Assembly: GCA_963765145.1 (NCBI GenBank)
Contig: CAVXVG010000028.1
Span: 70,595-134,594 of the forward strand
Direction: 5' to 3'
DNA from: Parachlamydiales bacterium
GTDB lineage: Bacteria > Chlamydiota > Chlamydiia > Chlamydiales > JAJFMK01
Length of the DNA: 64,000 nucleotides
In this document: positions 58,398-64,000 of the stretch, in pieces
How positions within the stretch are numbered: position 1 is the stretch's first letter
Layout: every line of letters begins with the position of its first letter
Notes under the pieces: generated by a model
The model's input: the letters and a program-made list of their open reading frames with translations, nothing else
Databases searched by the model: none
Told to the model about the DNA's origin: nothing
Program-made: the position numbers and the translations under genes

Positions 58398-58568
58398 ATG
58401 AACCTACTTTTCACCCTTTGCTTTCTATTGACTGCAGCAACAACAGAGCCGGCAGTTCAAGTTCATCCTGTCAACCCTAAGTGCAACTGCACAGCTGAGT
58501 CTCATTGCGGTTGCGTCGATGGCAAACCATGCCATTGCGGCCAACAAGAGCACCCCGTCTCCACCTAA
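58398..58568 (+). CDS. unannotated 56-aa secreted Cys/His-rich peptide (three CxC pairs)
   Basis: Hand translation: MNLLFTLCFLLTAATTEPAVQVHPVNPKCNCTAESHCGCVDGKPCHCGQQEHPVST*. AAGGAA lies 7 nt upstream, and a family-E hairpin follows immediately. It is below the 60-aa ORF-track cutoff. Confidence 0.5.
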   Translation: MNLLFTLCFLLTAATTEPAVQVHPVNPKCNCTAESHCGCVDGKPCHCGQQEHPVST

Positions 58569-58571
58569 ATT

Positions 58572-58646
58572 ACCCTTGCCCGTGCCCCTGCCCTTGCCCG
58601 AAAAACTCTTTGGCAAAAAATTCGGGCACGGGCACGTGCAGGGGCC
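58572..58646. repeat. family-E hairpin element
   Basis: cccttgcccgtgcccctgcccttgcccgaaaa ... ttcgggcacgggcacgtgcagggg. Confidence 0.85.
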
Positions 58647-58659
58647 CTGTCATTAAGAC

Positions 58660-58734
58660 TCTCTCTCTGTGTTCTCTGTGTTCTCTGTGGTTCTAATCTT
58701 TCAAATAGTATTATAACCACAGAGAGCACAAAGG
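58660..58734. repeat. family-D related short hairpin (ctctgtggtt ... aaccacagag)
   Basis: It shares the ccacagag terminal motif of the D elements and includes the tandem ctctgtgtt repeat. Confidence 0.6.
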
Positions 58735-58917
58735 AAGGGCACTTACTTCTTGATGTGAAAGATTGCAGTTGCTTGGAGACTCCAAACGCTTCGCGTAACT
58801 TAAGAGACCACCTATGACGACCTGGTCCGCCCCGAAAAGATGGTATAATACTCCTCTGAAAAAACGTGTATTTATTGAATAAATACTTTACCATTCCCTC
58901 TCTAAAAGAGAGGATTT

Positions 58918-59968
58918 ATGTCGTTAGTTCCAAATTGTACTTTTTGCCAAAGTTCTTCATCTGAGGTTCAACAGTCCTCTTCTTGTTCACACGATCGAAT
59001 TGACCATTGGCTTGCGACGGCAAAGAGGATGGCTCCTCTGTTTTTCACCTCTTTAGGGACGGGCATAGGCGCAATTATTCTTGGCCGAAGAGTTCATTGG
59101 AGAGGTCATCCATTACGCTTCCTAGCTGCCACCAGTCTTCTTTTCATGCTAGGGCGCGCAAGCTTTGCCTTTGGCAAGGACGTTGTTAGATTAATGGGCT
59201 TAAAGGATGCAGGGGCAGTCCGAGCGATAACAGGAATATTTAACAAAATAAATGGCACAAGCATTGATGCACGTGATGTTCTTTCTCGCCGCGAACAAAG
59301 AAACACTGCTGAAGGGGAGACAATCATCGGCATCTTTATGAAATCATTCAGGGATATGCTTCTAGTTACTCTTTCGAGGCTGCCTTGTGACGAAGCTGAT
59401 AAGGAGCTCATCGCATGGATGCAAGGAAAAATAAAGCTGCTTGATTCGGAAGAGAATTTATCTCACTTTGCTTCATGTTTTTTTAATGCGTTGAAGGAAG
59501 CCGATTCGGATTTATATAGCTTTCTGTCTAAACAAGGGGCTAATTTATTCATGAATCAAGATTTTCGTGAAGCAAAAGGAAAAACTGCTCAATCTAATAA
59601 AACAAGCAGTCACCACTTTCTTAGAAAATGGTGAGACACCTTCTTTTACTTTTGACCAAAAGCTGCGTTTGGCGATGCTATATGTGTTAGAAGACCAAAA
59701 ACATGAAGACAGTGGAAAAGAAGTCATTGCAGCTCTTGCTTCTTTGCAGGATGAATGCAAACAGCCTAACTCCCCACTTTTCCAAGTGGTTAAAGACCAC
59801 TTGGAACAAAATGCAACGACGCGTGAGGATGGAAAAACACTTTCTGATCTCTCGATTTTTAAAATGTTGAGAGATTCACGTTTAGAAGCCGCATTATTTG
59901 CTCTTGTTTGCGAGCACAGAAAAGAACTAGCTATTGCCGCCGGCTTGATGACACCAGCGAATAAATAA
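58918..59968 (+). pseudogene. hypothetical membrane protein with bilobed hydrophobic segment (Inc-like), split at an A5 run (59579-59583)
   Basis: LFFTSLGTGIGAIILG...LRFLAATSLLFMLGRASFAF form paired TM helices. Removing one A joins ...DFREAKGK to LLNLIKQAVTTFLENG... Confidence 0.4.
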
Positions 59969-59993
59969 TAAATTCGATACAGAACTGTTTTAG

Positions 59994-60089
59994 TTCGCAA
60001 AGCGTTTGGAGTGCTAAACTCCTGTTTAGCTTTCACTCTCACGAATAAGTGAAAGCGCAGCAGGAGCTGCGCACTCCAAACGCTTTGCG
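59994..60089. repeat. family-A element, chimeric (left arm variant 1, right arm variant 3)
   Basis: The left inner stem gctaaactcctgtttagc is paired with the right inner stem gcgcagcaggagctgcgc, giving 6 mismatches. An extra half-copy lies at 60139-60163. Confidence 0.85.
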
Positions 60090-60160
60090 GAATAAAAAAA
60101 ACTGTCAACTTCGCTCTTTAGGTTGCCGAAACGCCGCTCGAGCACTCCAAACGCTTCGCG

Positions 60161-62804
60161 TTACTTTTCCGGTAGGTGGTAAAAGACACCATGGTTGGGA
60201 TAGGCAAAGATTTGCAGAGCGGCCTCATGAATGTTGTCTGCAGTGATCAATTTGTCCACACGCCTAGGGTCAAAAAGGGTCGATAAGGGGCCGGCATACA
60301 AGGCGCTCGATACCAATTTGCCTACCCAATAACCATTTTCTTCCTGCCCTTCCCGCTGCTCTTCATGGAAGAATGCTTTTAAATTGGATAGCTCCCTGCT
60401 AGTTATCCCCGCTTCTTTTAGAGCTTTAATCTCTTCAAATACAAGATCGGTCAACAGTTGCCGATCGTGCGGTTGACAGGTAAATTCTACTACGAGATAG
60501 GAAACCTCCAAATAGGGGGCGCATGGAGTATCCAACTTTGTGTATACGCCATAAGTTTTCCCATGGCTCGAGCGCAGCACATTCCACAATCTTTTTTCTA
60601 AAATCTGGCAAACAGCCCTCACAGGAAGAAATGAGTGGTATTGATTGTCAATTTTTTGGAAATCAAAAGGAAATTCTAAATGGCAAGTGGCAAAGGTTTG
60701 TTTTCCCTTCAGATATTCAAACTCCTGGCTTGTTTTGGGGAGGAGAGGAAGGACAGGAACCGTCTCTCCACTTTTTGGTCTCTCTGGCAAAGAACCGATG
60801 TAGCGATTGATCGGATCGACCATCTCCTCCAGATCAAAATCTCCTACTAGAATAAAGGTAAAATCTTGAGGACAGCCGAACAAAGCATTAAAAATCTCTT
60901 TTGCCTTCTCTGGGTCAACCTTTGCTAAGTCTGCTTCTTTAAAGGTGTAATGCCCATCTGTCATCGCATCATTGATCTTTTGCTCAAACTGCTCCTTGGC
61001 AGTTTTCTTTTCTTTCTCTTCCCATTTAGCAAAATAGAGCCACTTTCTTAATGCATCGACTTTGAATTTCGGTTCTTTAAAAAGGGCATGGATTGCATGG
61101 AGGACAGCCGCAACCTCTTTTTTATCCATCGTATACTGGATGGAACGGTAACCTAAGCCCAAGTCGATTTTAGCTCCTGCTTGAGCCCAATGTCTCAACC
61201 CAAAGGCAGCAAAATGGCCACTAGAAATATCAGCGACTGAATATTGGGCAAACCCCCCTTTGGCAACCATGTAAAAAACTACTTTTCCGTCACCAAGTTC
61301 GGTGTTTTTAAGAAGCACTTTGATTCCGTTAGAAAGGGTCCATTCAGACACGCCTGAATGGTCTTCAACATCAATCTCTTCAATATAACCGGCATCATCT
61401 TCTAATTCTTGGATAGAATGCTGATCCAATTTTAGAAAAGGTTTGTCCTTCAATGATTCGTAAATATCAGATTTTGGGGTAAATAAAAAAGCCGTATAGG
61501 ACATGTTAAGAGGCGAAAACTCAAGCCACCTATTCACCTCTTCAAGCGTTAACTCATCTAAAGCAGCTAGAGTTAAGTTGTATTCTTCTTCCTCTGATAA
61601 AAGAGGGTCTTGATGAGTGACAAAGTGGGCAACGAATTGCTCGGCGATATCTTCATGGCCCCTCTTCATTGGTTTCTTCAACAGTTTTTCAAGGCTTTCT
61701 TGTTTTTCCCCAATCCACTCCTCCAATTGGCAAGCAGTAAAGCCTTTTTTATTTAAAGATTTGACGCCTTTTAATAAGGAGTTAATTTCATGCTCAACAT
61801 CCTCTTCGTCAAGAGAAAATCCTGTAACGTATTTATCAACTGAAAGAAGAAGCTCTCGACCGAAACCTTGTAGGCGTGGGCACTTTAAATTTTTCAAATG
61901 CTGGATGAAAAGGGAGGTAGCACATTCTGCAAGTAAGTTGCCTTTGACCCGCTCCTCAGGGCTATCGCAACCAATTGGTTCATAAGGAGCTGAAAACATT
62001 AACCAAAGACCCGAATGATCTAGTTCTGGTTCCACATACAGCACCTCTCGATCAACTTCTGGATACACGACAGCCAAATCAGGTTCTTTGACCTTTTCTT
62101 CGGGGTTACTAAGGGTGCTAAATAGGGTTTTTATTTTCTTTTCTACTTCTCTCACATTCTAGATCTCCCACAATGATGACTGCCATCCGATCGGGCCGAT
62201 ACCATTTTTTATAAAAAGTTCTTAGCGTGTCAGAACTTACTTGCGTGATATTTTCTAGGGTTCCTGAAGGAAAATTGGTCTGCAAAAGAGAACCAGGGAA
62301 TGACTCTTCCATAAATTTCACAGCGACTTGTTCATTTGGAGAGGAAAAGCCACGATGCAGCTCATCTAAAACAACATACCTTTCTTTTTGAATGACTCTA
62401 TCTTCAAGGGTTGCAAAGCCGGCAAAATCCCTTAAAAATAAAAGCGTTTGGTCCAAACTTTCCGGGTGGTTCAAAGGGATGTCTAAATGGTAAACCGTTC
62501 TTTCAAAACCGGTGTAGGCATTTCTCCGCATGCCTCCTAAGGAATCCAAATAACTTTCAAGCACCCCATCTTCAAAATGCTTTGAACCTCGAAAATTCAG
62601 ATGCTCTATAAAATGGGCAATCCCTACTTCATGCGGTTTTTCATAAAGCGACCCGACCTTGACGGCAAGCGTCAATACCGCCCTATCCTTTGGCGTGCTA
62701 TTTTCTTGCACATAGTAAGTAAGCCCATTCTCCAAAGTTCCGTGTCGAACTTCTGTTGCGCAAAGCATTTGTAATGAGATAAATAGGAAGAAAAAGAGCC
62801 GCAT
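60161..62804 (-). pseudogene. secreted M16 family zinc peptidase, paralogue 2, split near 62155
   Basis: Signal peptide and HFIEHLNFRGSKHF. The 228-aa and 664-aa ORFs join if one nt is removed in gaa-t-gtg: ...IIVGDLEVREVEKKIKTLF, compared with VVGDFDGKEVEKKVQNLF in the paralogue. Confidence 0.8.
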
Positions 62805-62943
62805 AAGAACCAGTAGGAAATATCGGCAAAATTATAGAGATGCTGACTAATTAATAAACAGCGCCCGAATCCTAATTTGTAAAATATATACTATGTAGAG
62901 TAAATCTGTGGTTGGTGGGGTACAACCCCCTGCCTCGTGCCCT

Positions 62944-63459
62944 ATGTTGATCCAACTTATTGCTGCTGTTATCTTTTTCCAACCCATTTTGGCCGAGTCT
63001 ATTGGAAAGGTTGATTATGACCTGCCCGCTACCAAGAAACATTGGAAGCTGGCGGCAGAAAACAAGATAGATAAGACAAGCATTATCAGCACCACAAGAC
63101 GGTACGTCCCTGAAGATCGAGCTTCCGTAGCCATTGCAGAAGAAGCTTTTAGCGCAAATATCAACAATCTACATGAAGATCCGAACGAAGACGAGGCTGC
63201 GATCAAAGCACGGGTACAAAAGATGTTCCCCGATACAGATGTCGAAATCCACATGATCGAAAAAACCCCCAATATGAACCTTTACACCTGGTCGGTCACC
63301 TCTACAAAAAGCCCCCTTTCATTTTGGGGGGTATCTAAACATTTCATCCTCGACGATGGCAGCGTCAATCTAGTCTACAAGACAACAAACAAAGAGATTT
63401 TCGACGCCGATAAAGATAGCTGGATTGAAGCCCTAAAAGCGGCCCGCCTGAATAAATAG
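62944..63459 (+). CDS. hypothetical secreted protein
   Basis: Signal-like N-terminus MLIQLIAAVIFFQPILA. No motif was recognised. Confidence 0.5.
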   Translation: MLIQLIAAVIFFQPILAESIGKVDYDLPATKKHWKLAAENKIDKTSIISTTRRYVPEDRASVAIAEEAFSANINNLHEDPNEDEAAIKARVQKMFPDTDVEIHMIEKTPNMNLYTWSVTSTKSPLSFWGVSKHFILDDGSVNLVYKTTNKEIFDADKDSWIEALKAARLNK

Positions 63460-63483
63460 AAGCATTGATGTTATCCTTTTGGC

Positions 63484-64000
63484 ATGAAGGTTCACATCAA
63501 ACGCTTTACTTCGGATGCGCTCGGCTTAACTGAAGGCAAAGCCATCCTCGTCCCTTTTGTCCTGGCAGGAGAAGAGGTTGAGATTACAGATCCTTTCAAA
63601 AAAAAAGAGACCCGTTTTGCTGAACCGTTAAAAATCCTCCAAGCCTCTCATGAACGGATTCCAACCTTTTTGCCCCCATTTTAGTGAATGTGGCGGCTGC
63701 CTGACCCAACACTGGGACTACTTGAAAGAACTGAACTGGAAAGAGCAAACCATCCGGGATCTTTTTAAATCTTTTGGTGACATCAAGTTTCTGCCCATTT
63801 TGGGTGCCGATAAAATGGAACATTGGCGCAATAAGATGGAATTCACCTTTTCTTCCGATAAGCAACTTGGCCTTTACCGTTTTTTTGGCAAGCGAGAGGT
63901 CTTCCAAACCACCCATTGCTCTTTAGGCCCTCCTTGGTTCCAAGAGGCAGTCAACGCCATGCGAACTTTGCAAAACGAACAAAACCTGTTGCCTTTTGAC
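63484..64000 (+). pseudogene. 23S rRNA (uracil-5)-methyltransferase RumA/RlmD-like, frameshifted near 63662 and truncated by the window end
   Basis: TRAM-like N-terminus, then in the next frame CPHFSECGGC (4Fe-4S cluster motif) ...HWRNKMEFTF. Removing one C restores ...HERIQPFCPHFSECGGC. Confidence 0.7.

Overview
This 64 kb window looks like a chromosome segment from an obligate-intracellular bacterium, most likely a non-Chlamydiaceae ('environmental') member of the Chlamydiae. That placement is an inference from four things: the hprK-ptsH-ptsI block with no PTS permease, the neighbouring comEC, two clpP paralogues, and MOMP-like and Inc-like membrane proteins. A Waddlia/Parachlamydia/Simkania-like genome is only a guess that I cannot verify here.

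The conserved backbone comprises pgm, galE, ftsK, uppP, tRNA-His, hprK-ptsH-ptsI, clpP-clpX, mscL, dnaX, dnaJ, rpsU, tsaB, dgt, lon, rnz, xer, an ABC-F ATPase, rnpB, glyA, clpP2 and dapF.

Accessory blocks with eukaryote-like or effector-like proteins interrupt this backbone:
- Next to tRNA-His there is a degenerate Fic protein with a hairpin-operator array, two tandem U-box-like paralogues, and Fic debris.
- An atypical protein-kinase-like gene sits in the 3' end of clpX, flanked by a 60 bp duplication.
- The strongest candidate for a new system is a translationally coupled operon. It encodes a tail-anchored PARP-like ADP-ribosyltransferase with an intact H-Y-E triad, a small TM protein, and an NB-ARC-type STAND NTPase fused to TPR and ribonuclease-inhibitor-type LRRs (an NLR-like architecture).
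- Further along are a signal-peptide SIR2-like protein, a CAS/TauD-like dioxygenase overlapping a beta-barrel OMP gene, and two paralogous secreted M16 peptidases. The peptidases bracket an unannotated 56-aa Cys/His-rich secreted peptide and an Inc-like protein.

Intergenic DNA holds at least four families of hairpin or MITE-like repeats, usually starting within a few nt of stop codons. Several show perfectly compensated changes between their two arms. One family contains a (TTGCCC)16 microsatellite upstream of dnaX.

At least nine genes are split by single-base indels, mostly in short homopolymers. Assembly error therefore has to be excluded before any of them is called a pseudogene.
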